Source of the DNA: Methanobacteriota archaeon
GTDB lineage: Archaea > Thermoplasmatota > Poseidoniia > Poseidoniales > Poseidoniaceae
Assembly: GCA_002726495.1 (NCBI GenBank)
Contig: PBTH01000020.1
Span: 6,650 to 70,649 of the forward strand
Reading direction: 5' to 3'
Length of the DNA stretch: 64,000 bases
Shown here: positions 49,032 through 60,300 of the stretch, one piece after another
How positions within the stretch are numbered: the stretch's first letter is position 1
Layout of the letters: each line of letters opens with the position of its first letter
Made by a program: the position numbers and the translations under genes
Notes under the pieces: model-generated
Databases searched by the model: none
Told to the model about the DNA's origin: nothing
Seen by the model: only the letters and a program-made list of their open reading frames with translations

Positions 49032-49772
49032 TCATGAAATGCTTGCATCATCATGGTCAAACAACGATTGTTGCACGGTACTGGACTGGCCACGAACCGG
49101 CGGGTCACCTCTGCAATTGTTGCTCCAAAATCGGGTGGCTGTTGCCCACCCCCAGCGAACATCATTATGCATGCCATCATTATCGATAAGAAGATGAAGT
49201 GCGTTCTTTGTGTTTGGATCGCTTGGGTAGCCCGAACCTATTGATTGACCGACCTCATTGGCAAGGTGTTGTATGCACCGATCTCGTTCTTCTTTTGCCA
49301 GAATGCTTGCCATACTCACAATAGCAAAATTTTCGTCAGCCTTGTGAAAACTGTTCATGGTTGAATCAAGCCATGGCCAAGAGGGAAGTTGATTTGATAT
49401 CCTTTGTGTGAACCGTTCTGCATTGACATCACACGCATCGTTCGTAATGTTCAATGAGGTCTCTATTTCCAATCCAATAATCGCCTCGCCAAACGCCCTT
49501 ACTTCCAACCAATTGAGTCCATCGGATTGGAGGGCCATATCAATGCGCTCCGGAGTGCAATTTACAAGTGATTTTTTCCAGCCACGTTTGCTTGATTGTT
49601 CTTCAAACCACAGTTCAAGTTCATGGCGCCTCTTAGCACTCAGATCTTTTGAGTCCTTCACGCCCATTTCAATCAGCATGGGGATGTCTGAAGATGGAAT
49701 CGCACAGGCAGCCACGACCAGCGGGCCCAATACAGGTCCTCTACCTGCTTCATCAACACCAACTTCCCACAT
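49032..49772 (-). CDS. rnhB: Ribonuclease HII
   Basis: GVDEAGRGPVLGPLV, KDSK, HKAD, ASILAK..RD and GSGYPSDP motifs. Confidence 0.95.
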   Translation of the reverse strand: MWEVGVDEAGRGPVLGPLVVAACAIPSSDIPMLIEMGVKDSKDLSAKRRHELELWFEEQSSKRGWKKSLVNCTPERIDMALQSDGLNWLEVRAFGEAIIGLEIETSLNITNDACDVNAERFTQRISNQLPSWPWLDSTMNSFHKADENFAIVSMASILAKEERDRCIQHLANEVGQSIGSGYPSDPNTKNALHLLIDNDGMHNDVRWGWATATRFWSNNCRGDPPVRGQSSTVQQSLFDHDDASIS

Positions 49773-49780
49773 AGTGTCAC

Positions 49781-52255
49781 CTAGAATTCTAAATCATCCT
49801 CTGATGGTTTATCGACTGATGGCAACGGTACTTGCGCAACTTCTTCTACCTCTTGTGGAGCTTGAGGCATGACTCCATGGGGGTCGTTTCTTACAGTCAA
49901 CGATGGTTGATGCTCCTTGACAGGAAGTGATTCATTTGATGGATGGGGTTTGGCTACTGCTCCGGTTTGAATTTGCTCAAGAAGTACGTCGGCTTTTTGC
50001 AACGTTGCTTGTTCAGAACGAACGTCAAGAATCAACGATGCAGCCACTCTAAGTTCCTCATTCACGGGTTCTTGAGCAGGTGTTGTGTTGCCCGATTTGC
50101 GTCGGAATGCTGCAGCAAATTCATCCTTTGAAACTTGTTGAGGGGCCGCTGTTATCTCGACGGTTTCTTGCGGTTTTGCTTCAGTCGCATATTGCTTCAT
50201 CCAATCGTTTGCGTCGGTTTTGATATCCTGATACGGGAGCAGCCCTTTGTCGTCAAGCCTTTGTTGGCGTACAATGAGTGCTTTGTAGATGATGACTCCT
50301 GAGAATATGATCGCGAAGACAACCCCTGACCAGGCCTTGGTGTAAGCCCAAGCAGTCGCCCCCAATTCACCCCAATTACGTCCCTCATCAACGGCCTCGT
50401 TCTGCCATGGTGTGCCGATATAATCCGCTTTTGAAGTATAAACGAACATTTGCCCTTCGGGTTCAAATATCGATGTGATGGTTGTATTGATGTACACCGT
50501 TCCATTGCTCGTTTGGTTAGTGGGTAGGTCAATCCAAGCTCTAAGAGTTAAGTTAGAACCCAAGGGGACCCCGTTAAGTTGGAACGAACGAGGGTATTGA
50601 ACGTCCTCCTCATACACGGCTCCATCAGGAGGTATGAGCCCCATCGGAACTGAATGACTCGACTGAAGTTGAACAACAAAACCATCGATAGCATTCCCAT
50701 CATTGCGAACTTCAAACACAACAGAAAGACGGTTATTGGGGCCGATGTCTTCTTCCACCGCTCCAAGTGACCATTGAACTATTGGGGCGGCACGAACTTG
50801 AATGGTCACCGTATTCAATACGGAACCTGTATCATCGATCAGTTCCAATTCTACTTCTCCTTGAGTAAAGGCGAGGGTTTGATTTCTGACATTGATATAG
50901 ACAGCGCTGAATGTCTTTTCTTGGTTTGCTTGAACCAATATGGAATTTTGAGGTACAATTGCACTAAATTCATCGGTCACTTTTCCAACTCTCAAGCTGA
51001 ATGTATTGTAGGAATTTCCCGTGTTTACAACCGTGATGTTGCTCGCACAAGGAACATCCGGTTTGAGTGTCATGCATCCACTTTCAACCGATGTCAGTGT
51101 AGCATTTGTCGTGCGGTTTATGGTTGCCCCAACCCGCACTGTTTTGGTCATGTATTCGGCTCCGTTTGCAAAGACTTGTACCTCGACATTCATTTCTCCA
51201 GAGAATTCAACCGGTGATTGTATCCCAATTTCGATGGTTCGTGATTCGTTGGGCAAGAGGTCAATCTCTTCCAATCCACCGAAGAGTGCGACCGTCCAGC
51301 CACTGTAATTGAAGCGATCAGATGCGGAATATCCAGTGAGTGGATTTCCTGACATGTCCAATCCTTGCAAGGTGATGTTGACTCTGTTAGGAATATTTCC
51401 TACATTGCGGACTGTCACATTCAAACGCCCATCTTCACCGGGTGCGAGTTCAATATTCTCTTCAAATTCATCGATGCTCACATTTCTTTTTTCATTCATC
51501 AACAAGTCAAACGCCCATGAAGTCGTCTGCCTATCAAGTCCAGATATACCGGTTAAGGTGAATCGTGGCCCAGTTCCTTCAAGTGGAGCGCCGTCAATTA
51601 CCGCCGGCACATCCACCCACAAATAGACGTAGGAGAGGCTATCGGTTTCGAGGTTGAGATACGCATTTCCTTGCTCATTTGTATCCATGCTCCACCCCCA
51701 ATTCCAACCCGATTGACTGTAAAGGTCAAACGTGACATTATCTGCAAATGATGCATTGTTGGTGATGTTAACTGCGACACCAGTTCGTACTTTTTCATCA
51801 ACGGTAAGTTCCGTAACTCCTTGTGAGCCGAACTTGAGATTCGAGTACGGGGCAACAGTGACATTCATCCAAACGGATTGCAAAAAACTAGAATCATAGT
51901 CACTGGTTATGCTAAATTCAACTTGGTGTGTGGTGTAACCTGCGCTGGCATCGGCAGTGATTCCAAAAGCAAGTTGTTTGAGGTGATTGGGGACCAGAAC
52001 TTCGGACAGAGGTAAGTTCACGGCCGTTAAGACCGCCGGCATGTCGTTCACTGCGACAGTCAATTCTTGATTCACTGACAGAAGGTTGTGCAATGTGATG
52101 TAGGTGCTCACTGTCTCATTGGGATGAACGATTGCTTCTGATGGGGCCGCAATCCCTACAATTTCCCCCTCTCGGCCAGAGTCAATTGGGCCGGCAGAAA
52201 TGACTGGAGTCATCAAATGCAGAAGGAGAAGGACTGCTATTCCTCCCCATCTCAT
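49781..52255 (-). CDS. Surface protein with tandem Ig-like (NEW3/COG1470-type) repeats, TM and cytoplasmic tail
   Basis: Repeated V.N.GN..D/N motifs, signal peptide, TM VVFAIIFSGVIIY. TTGAAA box 28 nt upstream of ATG 52255. Confidence 0.7.
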   Translation of the reverse strand: MRWGGIAVLLLLHLMTPVISAGPIDSGREGEIVGIAAPSEAIVHPNETVSTYITLHNLLSVNQELTVAVNDMPAVLTAVNLPLSEVLVPNHLKQLAFGITADASAGYTTHQVEFSITSDYDSSFLQSVWMNVTVAPYSNLKFGSQGVTELTVDEKVRTGVAVNITNNASFADNVTFDLYSQSGWNWGWSMDTNEQGNAYLNLETDSLSYVYLWVDVPAVIDGAPLEGTGPRFTLTGISGLDRQTTSWAFDLLMNEKRNVSIDEFEENIELAPGEDGRLNVTVRNVGNIPNRVNITLQGLDMSGNPLTGYSASDRFNYSGWTVALFGGLEEIDLLPNESRTIEIGIQSPVEFSGEMNVEVQVFANGAEYMTKTVRVGATINRTTNATLTSVESGCMTLKPDVPCASNITVVNTGNSYNTFSLRVGKVTDEFSAIVPQNSILVQANQEKTFSAVYINVRNQTLAFTQGEVELELIDDTGSVLNTVTIQVRAAPIVQWSLGAVEEDIGPNNRLSVVFEVRNDGNAIDGFVVQLQSSHSVPMGLIPPDGAVYEEDVQYPRSFQLNGVPLGSNLTLRAWIDLPTNQTSNGTVYINTTITSIFEPEGQMFVYTSKADYIGTPWQNEAVDEGRNWGELGATAWAYTKAWSGVVFAIIFSGVIIYKALIVRQQRLDDKGLLPYQDIKTDANDWMKQYATEAKPQETVEITAAPQQVSKDEFAAAFRRKSGNTTPAQEPVNEELRVAASLILDVRSEQATLQKADVLLEQIQTGAVAKPHPSNESLPVKEHQPSLTVRNDPHGVMPQAPQEVEEVAQVPLPSVDKPSEDDLEF

Positions 52256-52348
52256 GCTAGTGCGACAACACATTACCTTTCAATAACTTGCTTTTTTTGT
52301 TTAATTTCCCTTCGCAGGTTTCATGAACAGGTGTGAATTCCCGAGAAC

Positions 52349-52741
52349 ATGGCACCTATATGGCCGTTCAAGAAAAAGCAAGAAGTTCTCGAAGTTGATG
52401 AGGAACCCCCGCCTACGATTTCTTACAAGAAAGGGGAGGACCCAAATGCACGACCAGCTACAACTACGGTTGATGCTTCTGCCTACAAAGATGCGCTCGC
52501 ACTGTTTGGAGGGGGCTCCTCTAATGTGGAGGCTGCAAGCGATCAATCCGTGAATTATGATGGAGTCGCTGAACCCGCAGGGAACTCAACTGTCGCAAAG
52601 GAATCTCAACCAGTGAAGGAAGAATCGTTCACATGGGTCCATCATACGGATGGATATCACTACAAGAAGAATGCTGACGGCTCGTTTGAACCCACGCCAC
52701 ACAGTAAGAATGCCGATGGCTCATACGTGCCATATGCTTAA
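52349..52741 (+). CDS. Small hypothetical protein with C-terminal tandem KNADGS[FY]xP repeat
   Basis: The repeat is conserved at protein level with synonymous codon changes, which supports coding status. Confidence 0.7.
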   Translation: MAPIWPFKKKQEVLEVDEEPPPTISYKKGEDPNARPATTTVDASAYKDALALFGGGSSNVEAASDQSVNYDGVAEPAGNSTVAKESQPVKEESFTWVHHTDGYHYKKNADGSFEPTPHSKNADGSYVPYA

Positions 52742-52753
52742 TTGAACAAACTC

Positions 52754-54502
52754 TCAAACAGGATCTTCCAGTAAGTTGACCAAAGCCGTGATGTCAATTT
52801 CTGCTCCGTTAATTGGTACTCGGAGTTCGTATTTCATGCAAACCGCTGGGTCAAGTTCTCCAAAACAACCGACCCATGTGTCATTGACAATGAGTTTAGC
52901 ACCTCGCCCAGCAAGCCATGGGCCATCACCTGGTTCAAGGGGTTCTGCGCTCCATTCGTTGATTCCTAAGTCAATGCACATAGCTTGAATGCGCCCTCGG
53001 ATTGCAGCAAAACCACCACTTCGCTCTGCAGTTAGAAATGCTAAACGATCGGAATTAACATGGTTTCGAACAACGGTGCCGAGTTCGTAAACTCCCTGTG
53101 GGAGGTCATGATGACGGTTGCTTGCAAGCAACCTTATGAGTCCTGGCAAAAGGAATTGACGCAGCATTGTGTGGTCTACTGTGATGGGGTTTGTAATGGA
53201 AGTGACATCATGTTGTTGTTCCCATCGCATGTTGGTGAATTGGTCCGTTTCATTTGAGAGAGTAAGGGATTGGATTTGCATTAATCCCAACCCTTGCATG
53301 GAATCTCTGAGCCGTCGCCTCATGTTGTGGTCTTGACGCGGCTGAGCCGTGAGTTGGGCGACAGGTAGGTCTTCGCCGAGGTCCTCGTATCCATGGCCGA
53401 TTGCAATATCTTCTACCAAGTCAACTGGGTGAAGAATGTCAAATCTCCACCGAGGCATGACAAATTGCAACAACGAACCCCCCTTACTCACTTCAGACAT
53501 TTTCGAAGCACGTTCGGGTGAGCCATCAGGAGCATCACTCTTTCCTGAAAAGTGTCCTCCCATGCGATTGATGGCATGGGAAAGTTCAGCATCAGTGAAG
53601 GTTCTTCCAAGGAGATTGGTAACCAATTCTTCTGGGACAAGGTGAACTTTCCCCTGTCCGTTTGGTGTTGAAATAATATCTCCATCACAGGTGGTGACTT
53701 CGACGGTTTCAACGGTTCCTCCTCGTTCTTGAAGTTGAAGGCAAATGAGCATGAGCGACGCTTCACATGCACGTTGGTCCCAACCTGTGACATCGATGAA
53801 GAAATCTCTTGTTTTGTGTGTTACAGTGGTGTGGTTCCCGTTAATTATCGGTGGAAATGAAAGAACATCTTCATTGGCGTCAAGGATAAGGGGATATTCG
53901 TCCTTTGATTCCAGCAAATGTGCATAGTCAACTCCCTTTGGGTGCTGTGTAAGAATGGTTTCAAGATCCATTTCTGCGGCCTCTCCAAGAGGGACAAATG
54001 AATGGTTGCCGGATGCAGAGACTACACGGAAAGGTGGAGTGATTGTTGCAAGGTCGTGTACACCAATTGAGGCCCGCTTTCTACCCCGTCCTAGTGCAAA
54101 ATGCAGTTTTTCTTGATGGTCCATGAGTCCTTTGATGAATACTTCTTGTTCAGAACTGTTTTCAGGAAGAGAAATACCTTTCACAACCGCTCCCATAATT
54201 ACCGGGCGGATGTTCTTCAATTGCTCATCAACATGCATTGTAATCCCGCTGGGGCGTGTCTTCATCTCTGGGTTTGCATCGCTTCCATGGAGGAACGGGC
54301 GAATCGCATGGGCGAGTGTCTCGCCGCTCAACAGGTCAGGTCTATCTGGAAAGATTTCAATGTCCAATGTTTCCTTGTCGCAGTTGTCGATATCGGTTCC
54401 CAAAAGCGGGAGTTGCTCACCCATTTGTTCAACATCATGAGAAATCCCATGCTTCTTCAAAAGTGCTGTTAGAAGGGATTGGGGGACGGATATGGTAGGC
54501 AT
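52754..54502 (-). CDS. pheT: Phenylalanine--tRNA ligase beta subunit (archaeal type)
   Basis: PDRPDLLS, QEKLH...GR.RK.ASIGVHD, SFPPIIN and RFDILHPVDLVEDIAIGHGY motifs. Confidence 0.96.
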   Translation of the reverse strand: MPTISVPQSLLTALLKKHGISHDVEQMGEQLPLLGTDIDNCDKETLDIEIFPDRPDLLSGETLAHAIRPFLHGSDANPEMKTRPSGITMHVDEQLKNIRPVIMGAVVKGISLPENSSEQEVFIKGLMDHQEKLHFALGRGRKRASIGVHDLATITPPFRVVSASGNHSFVPLGEAAEMDLETILTQHPKGVDYAHLLESKDEYPLILDANEDVLSFPPIINGNHTTVTHKTRDFFIDVTGWDQRACEASLMLICLQLQERGGTVETVEVTTCDGDIISTPNGQGKVHLVPEELVTNLLGRTFTDAELSHAINRMGGHFSGKSDAPDGSPERASKMSEVSKGGSLLQFVMPRWRFDILHPVDLVEDIAIGHGYEDLGEDLPVAQLTAQPRQDHNMRRRLRDSMQGLGLMQIQSLTLSNETDQFTNMRWEQQHDVTSITNPITVDHTMLRQFLLPGLIRLLASNRHHDLPQGVYELGTVVRNHVNSDRLAFLTAERSGGFAAIRGRIQAMCIDLGINEWSAEPLEPGDGPWLAGRGAKLIVNDTWVGCFGELDPAVCMKYELRVPINGAEIDITALVNLLEDPV

Positions 54503-54512
54503 GTGAATTCAC

Positions 54513-56090
54513 CTATCGTGCGAACCAGTGTGGGAGTGGGCGGTCATAACCTGAAAGCCGAAGGCCACTGACTGCTGCGGTTTCATGGTCAAGTGCACGA
54601 AGGTGGCCTCGTTCAAGAACATCGATACTGTCAACACCGATGCGGCGCAGGTGCTGAGCAAGTTCATCTTGAGTTCCTTGAAGCCAATAGGCGATGTCCA
54701 TGCCGTTAGCCATTGGAGCTTCACATGCGATGATGCTGACTCCGGAGGCGACAAGGACCGCTAGGTCATGTCCGTTGGCTGCGAAGCCCAGCAAAAATCC
54801 TGTTTGGATGTCAGGGGATGTGATGTGGGCTTTCTTCGAACGTCCTGTCATCGGCAATGCTGCTGCTTCTGAGATACCGGAGCCATCTTCAATTCGGGCC
54901 ATTGCTAGGTCTGCAAGATGGTACTGTGCTCGCTGGTGCAGTGTTTGAATTCGGGTGATTGCTTGGACAAATATGACTGGAGCATTCTCCCTTGCAAGGG
55001 AACGAAGGGCGACGATTAAGCCATCTATTTCTTCCGCATTCATATGAGGCAAGTTGTCAAAATCAATACCGAAACCACCGGCGCTTGAGAGTTCAGAACC
55101 TACCTCCAAAATATTGGATTCATTGACCAACAATACATCAACAGGTCGGGGTTCTGAAACAGTCATCACAGGATGTCGATTGAGGACATCCATGGCGATT
55201 TGATCGCCTTTGGCTTCAACTTCCATTGTCGATGCAGTATCAACAAATGGTAACATTGGAAGGGGCAAGGCAAGGGATTGGACCTGCTCAGAGGTCCCAA
55301 TAAGTGCCACAGTGTCGACCGTTGCGTAAGTTGGAAGTGCAGGCCTCGAATCGCCCACAAGCCCAACATGCGACAGGTCACCTGAAGAAACCGTGTGGCC
55401 GTAGGATTCAACGTCCAGTCCTTCTTGTGGAGTTAAACATACAGCATCGCTTGGTATGTGAAGTGTTTCATCTTCGAGCAAGGTGTTGATTTCTTTGACT
55501 TCTTTTTTGGTGAGTGGACGCAATACAACGCCGGGTGGAGGAGTTGGACAACGACCGTTGATGACAATTCTGCCACCCATGATGCCCGCACCAGGGTCGG
55601 CACCAACATCTCCATGAACAACGATCAATCCATCTTGCATGCCTCCGCCGATTCGTTGGCCAGCGGCTCCTCGAACAACAAGAATTCCCCCTTCCATGCA
55701 TGCTCCAGCATCGTTGCCACAACCATCGAGCACGGTTATGATGCCATCACGCATTCTGTAACCAGTAAAATCTCCAGCCATTCGCTCGCAAACCACAGTG
55801 GTTCCATTATTAGCGGCACCTAGGAATGAACCAGCATCGCCTTGAACTGTAAATGAACCACCCTGGCCAAACGCTGAAACCCATGAGCCAAGTACGCCAA
55901 GCGCTCGTATTCTTGCTCCATCTGGCAAGGCTGGACAAAGTCCAAGTTCACCGTTTTTGGGGACAGGGTCCCCTGCATTGGTCCAACCAATGCGAAGGAT
56001 GGCGTTTTGTTCAGCAGCGGCTTGCAGGCGAGGTCCCAACTTTTCGTTGATGCTCATAGACCGCTGAACCACTTCTGAGACATCCGCCAT
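54513..56090 (-). CDS. GXGXG (GltB/FwdC-like) beta-helix fused to a degenerate glutamate synthase FMN-domain-like region
   Basis: Repeated G..G...G.GM.GG.I.V.G rungs. C-terminus GHLRALDHETAAVSGLRLSG resembles GltB2 ends. Start inferred at ATG 56090. Confidence 0.7.
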   Translation of the reverse strand: MADVSEVVQRSMSINEKLGPRLQAAAEQNAILRIGWTNAGDPVPKNGELGLCPALPDGARIRALGVLGSWVSAFGQGGSFTVQGDAGSFLGAANNGTTVVCERMAGDFTGYRMRDGIITVLDGCGNDAGACMEGGILVVRGAAGQRIGGGMQDGLIVVHGDVGADPGAGIMGGRIVINGRCPTPPPGVVLRPLTKKEVKEINTLLEDETLHIPSDAVCLTPQEGLDVESYGHTVSSGDLSHVGLVGDSRPALPTYATVDTVALIGTSEQVQSLALPLPMLPFVDTASTMEVEAKGDQIAMDVLNRHPVMTVSEPRPVDVLLVNESNILEVGSELSSAGGFGIDFDNLPHMNAEEIDGLIVALRSLARENAPVIFVQAITRIQTLHQRAQYHLADLAMARIEDGSGISEAAALPMTGRSKKAHITSPDIQTGFLLGFAANGHDLAVLVASGVSIIACEAPMANGMDIAYWLQGTQDELAQHLRRIGVDSIDVLERGHLRALDHETAAVSGLRLSGYDRPLPHWFAR

Positions 56091-56240
56091 GTTGGTGTGC
56101 TCGTAGCGCCTGCTCAAATATCCTCCCGTCTTGGTTGCTCAAAATTTATCGTTCTTCAATGGAATTTTCGGATGGGATGTTTTGATTTTCCAACAACAGT
56201 GTTTATTGACGGTCTCAATGAGCAACATATGGAGAGGGAC

Positions 56241-57278
56241 ATGAGCATAAAGGTCGCCATCAATGGTTACGGGACAATTGGAAAGCGTGTTGCAGATGCT
56301 GTAGATGCTCAAGATGACATGGAGATTATCGGCGTGACGAAAACACGTCCTTCATTTGGATGTGATTTAGCAGTTCGCAAGGGCTTTCCCCTCTATTGCA
56401 CCTACGATGACGAGGAAAAAATTGCTGCCTTTGCAAAAGGCGGTTATGTTTGCGAGGGTGGGCTGTCAGACCTTCTCTCAGTTGCAGATATTGTCGTCGA
56501 TTGTTCTCCTGGAAAAGTAGGAGCTTCAAACAAAGAGAAGTATCTCGCAGCAGGTGTGAAGTATATTTTCCAAGGCGGGGAAAAGCACGCTATGACTGGA
56601 ATGTCCTATACCTCCTCCGCCAACCATCAGGCAAACATGAACGTTCAAGGAACCCGTGTTGTTTCGTGCAATACTACAGGGCTTTCCCGAACGCTCGTTC
56701 CATTGTACGAACACTGCGGTTCGCTCTCCGTTGAGTGCACCATGATACGTCGTGCTGCCGACCCTGGTGATTCCGCAAAAGGCCCCATCAACGCCATCAA
56801 ACCGGTTCTCAAGGTCCCATCTCACCATGGCCCGGATGTCATGACGGTCAAGCCTGAAATTGCCATCAACTCAATGGCCGTTGCTGTTCCAACCACGCTG
56901 ATGCACTGCCACTCCATCGTTGCAACCCTGCCTGAAGGGCATGGTATGACCACCCAATCTGTGTTGGATTTGTGGGCGAGCAATCCAAGGATTATCATCA
57001 TGAACGGAGGAGAAACGAACATCACCACCACTGCCGAAGTCATGGAATACGCTAGAGATATCGGTAGAAAGTGGGGAGATCTCCACGAAATCTTCGTTTG
57101 GGAGGACGGTGTAAAACTCGACGGTAACACGCTTTATTACTTCCAGGCAATTCATCAGGAATCGGATGTCATTCCTGAAAATGTTGACGCCATTCGCGCC
57201 CTCATGGGGTCCGAAGAAGACTGGAGAGCCTCCGTGGCCAAAACCGACGCAGCAATTGCAATTTACAACGGGATTTGA
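56241..57278 (+). CDS. gap: Type II (archaeal) glyceraldehyde-3-phosphate dehydrogenase
   Basis: INGYGTIGKRVADAV, FQGGEKH, VVSCNTTGL, SHHGPDV and HQESDVIPENVDAIRA motifs. Confidence 0.96.
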   Translation: MSIKVAINGYGTIGKRVADAVDAQDDMEIIGVTKTRPSFGCDLAVRKGFPLYCTYDDEEKIAAFAKGGYVCEGGLSDLLSVADIVVDCSPGKVGASNKEKYLAAGVKYIFQGGEKHAMTGMSYTSSANHQANMNVQGTRVVSCNTTGLSRTLVPLYEHCGSLSVECTMIRRAADPGDSAKGPINAIKPVLKVPSHHGPDVMTVKPEIAINSMAVAVPTTLMHCHSIVATLPEGHGMTTQSVLDLWASNPRIIIMNGGETNITTTAEVMEYARDIGRKWGDLHEIFVWEDGVKLDGNTLYYFQAIHQESDVIPENVDAIRALMGSEEDWRASVAKTDAAIAIYNGI

Positions 57279-57319
57279 TTGATTTTTCCATTGGCTCGTT
57301 CGCCCATGGAAGAGCATTC

Positions 57320-57325
57320 TTCAAA
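57320..57325 (+). promoter_or_regulatory. Putative TATA-like box TTCAAA
   Basis: Begins 29 nt before ATG 57349. Confidence 0.55.
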
Positions 57326-57348
57326 AGTGGAGTAGAGTTGGTAGGTTC

Positions 57349-60300
57349 ATGCGCTCTCGTATTGCCTTTGGTTTTGTCCTAGCATTGATGGTGCTTACTC
57401 CCCTATCTACCATGCTGGTTCAACCGGCCGAAGTCGCCTTTACTCAGGACAAACCAATGCCGAATCATGCAGTTGACTTCAGCGAGGAAGAACGCCTTGC
57501 TTTAGCCACGGAAATGTGGGGCGACATGCCTGAAGCTTCGTTGATTTCAGTTGAACTGTCACCGTCAACAGGTATGCTTCATCTTGCAAGCGGTTCATTT
57601 GACCCGCTTCTCTCAAGCGGGCCGGAAGTGATCCCCTCCTTTTCCAGGCCAAATGATGCCGTCCATACCGGATTTGCGATGGTTCAAATGCACGATACCA
57701 ACCGCGAATCGTTTGATGCTTTATCCAAAGAACATGACCTTGAAGTGTTGGATTTCCTTCATGATGAGGGATTTCTCGTCCGCTTACCGTCTCCGCCAAT
57801 GGATGTATTCTCCACACTCCAAGAGGACGAACGAATCCGATGGATTGGACATCAGCAACCTCAGTGGAGGATTGCTCCGCAATTGATTGATGAAGCCTTC
57901 ATTCCTCAATCGTTAACCTTCATCCCTGCATCAGACCTCGGCCACGGAGGCTATCCAGTTCTTGCCACAGATTTGATTCGCTATGGGGCCGATGAAGCGT
58001 GGTGTGATGCTTGGCTTTGTCGAGCAGTTGTTTCTGAGGAGACACTTGCGACCTTGTTGAGAAATGTGGCTCACGACGGTCGTATCATCTGGACTGAACC
58101 CTCTGCTGAATTAAGATTGCATAATGCACTTGCATGGTCCATTGCAGGAGTCCAAGATGTCAACAACAATGCATCATTTACTCTCGATGGATCCGGTGAA
58201 ATGATTGCCATAGCAGATACAGGTTTGGACAACAATCACCCTGATTTGACAGGGAGAGTGGCCGCCACATACACACAATTTGGACTTGATCCTTCCCCGG
58301 CCGATACCAATACAGGTCATGGTACTCACATTGCTGTTACAGTCGTCGGTAACGGCACGGGGGACTCATCCGCTCAAGGTGTCGCCCCAGCCGCCAACCT
58401 CGTCATGTATGCACTGGAGCACGACCCTACAGGTGTCTTTGGTAGAATTGGTTCAATTTACGATATCCTCAGAGATGCAGAGCAAATGACAGCGAGAATC
58501 GCTGTCAATGCATGGGGTCTGAATGGGAATTACGGCCAATACACTGCAGATGCGCGTTCAGTTGACATGTTTGTCAACGACCGAGATGATTTGACTCCGA
58601 TCTTTTCAATTGGCGACCGAGGTGGACAAGGTGCATCCCAAGTGACATCACCCTCGACTGCAAAAAACACCATCGCTATTGGAGCCTCCACTACAGGTTC
58701 TTCCGGAACAATTGCCGCAGGGGAAGTTGCAAACTTTTCATCGCAAGGACCATCACTTGACGGACGAATCAAGCCGGATCTTGTTGCTCCTGGTGTCGGT
58801 GTCTGTTCCGGGTTAGCTGAAGAGGCAAAATTCCCATCAGGTCCTTCCTGTTTGACCGGTTCGCATTCAACTGGAAATTCGTATTACATGGAACTTTCAG
58901 GTACTTCCCAAGCAACAGCAGTTGCTTCTGGAGTGGCGGCTTTAACACGTGAATTCCTTCGTGAACAAGCCGGTGTGAGTTCACCTTCCAGTTCTCTTGT
59001 AAAAGCAGCTCTCATCAACGGCGCTGAAGATTTGGGTACGCCCGATATTCCAAACGCTGACGAAGGATGGGGGCAAGTTGACCTTTCTCGTACCGTTCTG
59101 CCCATGGATGGAACAACTCCTTTGAATACATTCTTTGATGACAACAAACTTCTTTCCCCAGGATTTGGATTGCTTTATTCCTTCTCACTTGACCCGTCCC
59201 ATGGCGTTGACATCACGCTTGCATGGACCGATGAAGCAGGCAGTGCAAATGCCCCTCAAAGCCAACCAAGACTCGTTAACAACATGGATTTGATCCTCGT
59301 TGACCCGAACGGAGTTGAGTGGTTGGGCAATCAATTTGCAAACGGGATAACCACATCGGGTGGTACAGCCGATGATGTCAACAATGTCGAACGTATTCGC
59401 ATCCCAGCCGGAGCCCTCTCAGGTGGACAAGGACAGTGGATTTTGAAGGTCCTTCATCGTGGAGGGACTTCTCAAGACTTTGGCTTGGTCATGTCCGCTG
59501 TTGCAACGCCAACACCTCAAGCGGATTTGGCGGTATTTGATGGCAGCATCATTACTTCCTCGGTCAATCCGCTTCGAAACGACCTGATTGCAATCAGCAT
59601 TGCATGGGTCAATCAGGGGACGAGTCCATCCGGAAGCTTTGACATTCTCTTTGAGGATTTAACCTCTCAAGATGTCCTTACAGGCACAACGCGTAGTGGA
59701 TTGCAGCCAGGTGAGTTGGATGCTATTACCATCTATCATCAATTTGCAACAACTGGAATTCACACGCTTAGAGTATCTGTTGATACGACCGACCAAGTCG
59801 TAGAAATGAACGATGCAAACATAGGTACTGACAACAACATATGGACGGTTGATGTGGAAGTTATGGCTCTGGGAGTCCGTGTTGTTGTCGCTGATGCACA
59901 AGGAAATCTACCCACCACCAGTGCTGAGCGTGATGCTAATGCGAATCTTGTTCTCGATGTGAGGAACGATTCCGGAATTGATATTCCTCTAGCCGTGCTT
60001 CACGAAGGTACTGGGAATCAATCCGTCACCCTTTCATCGACGATGGTCCAAGTTCCATCACCAGACCGTGCAGACTTCTTCCTCCCCAGTCAAGACCAAT
60101 GGAGCCGAACGTTTGACGAAACGACCAACTTCATTCTTACCGCACAAGGTACCAACGATGCAAACAATACCATCAATTTGCGCTTGGAAGACTTGGATGC
60201 AGATTTGACAACCGACCCCCAAAGTCCTCGTTTTGTTCGGGCAGGGACCTATGTCATTGACATTACCGCCCGCTATGAATTCCAGCCTACTGTTGCTCAC

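Noticed and set aside
32567..56240. Long N-terminal extensions in the ORF track (32567, 33673, 35360, 35574, 40895, 56097)
   Set aside because: They overlap neighbouring genes or promoters. Downstream ATGs fit the family N-termini and, in most cases, the promoter spacing better.
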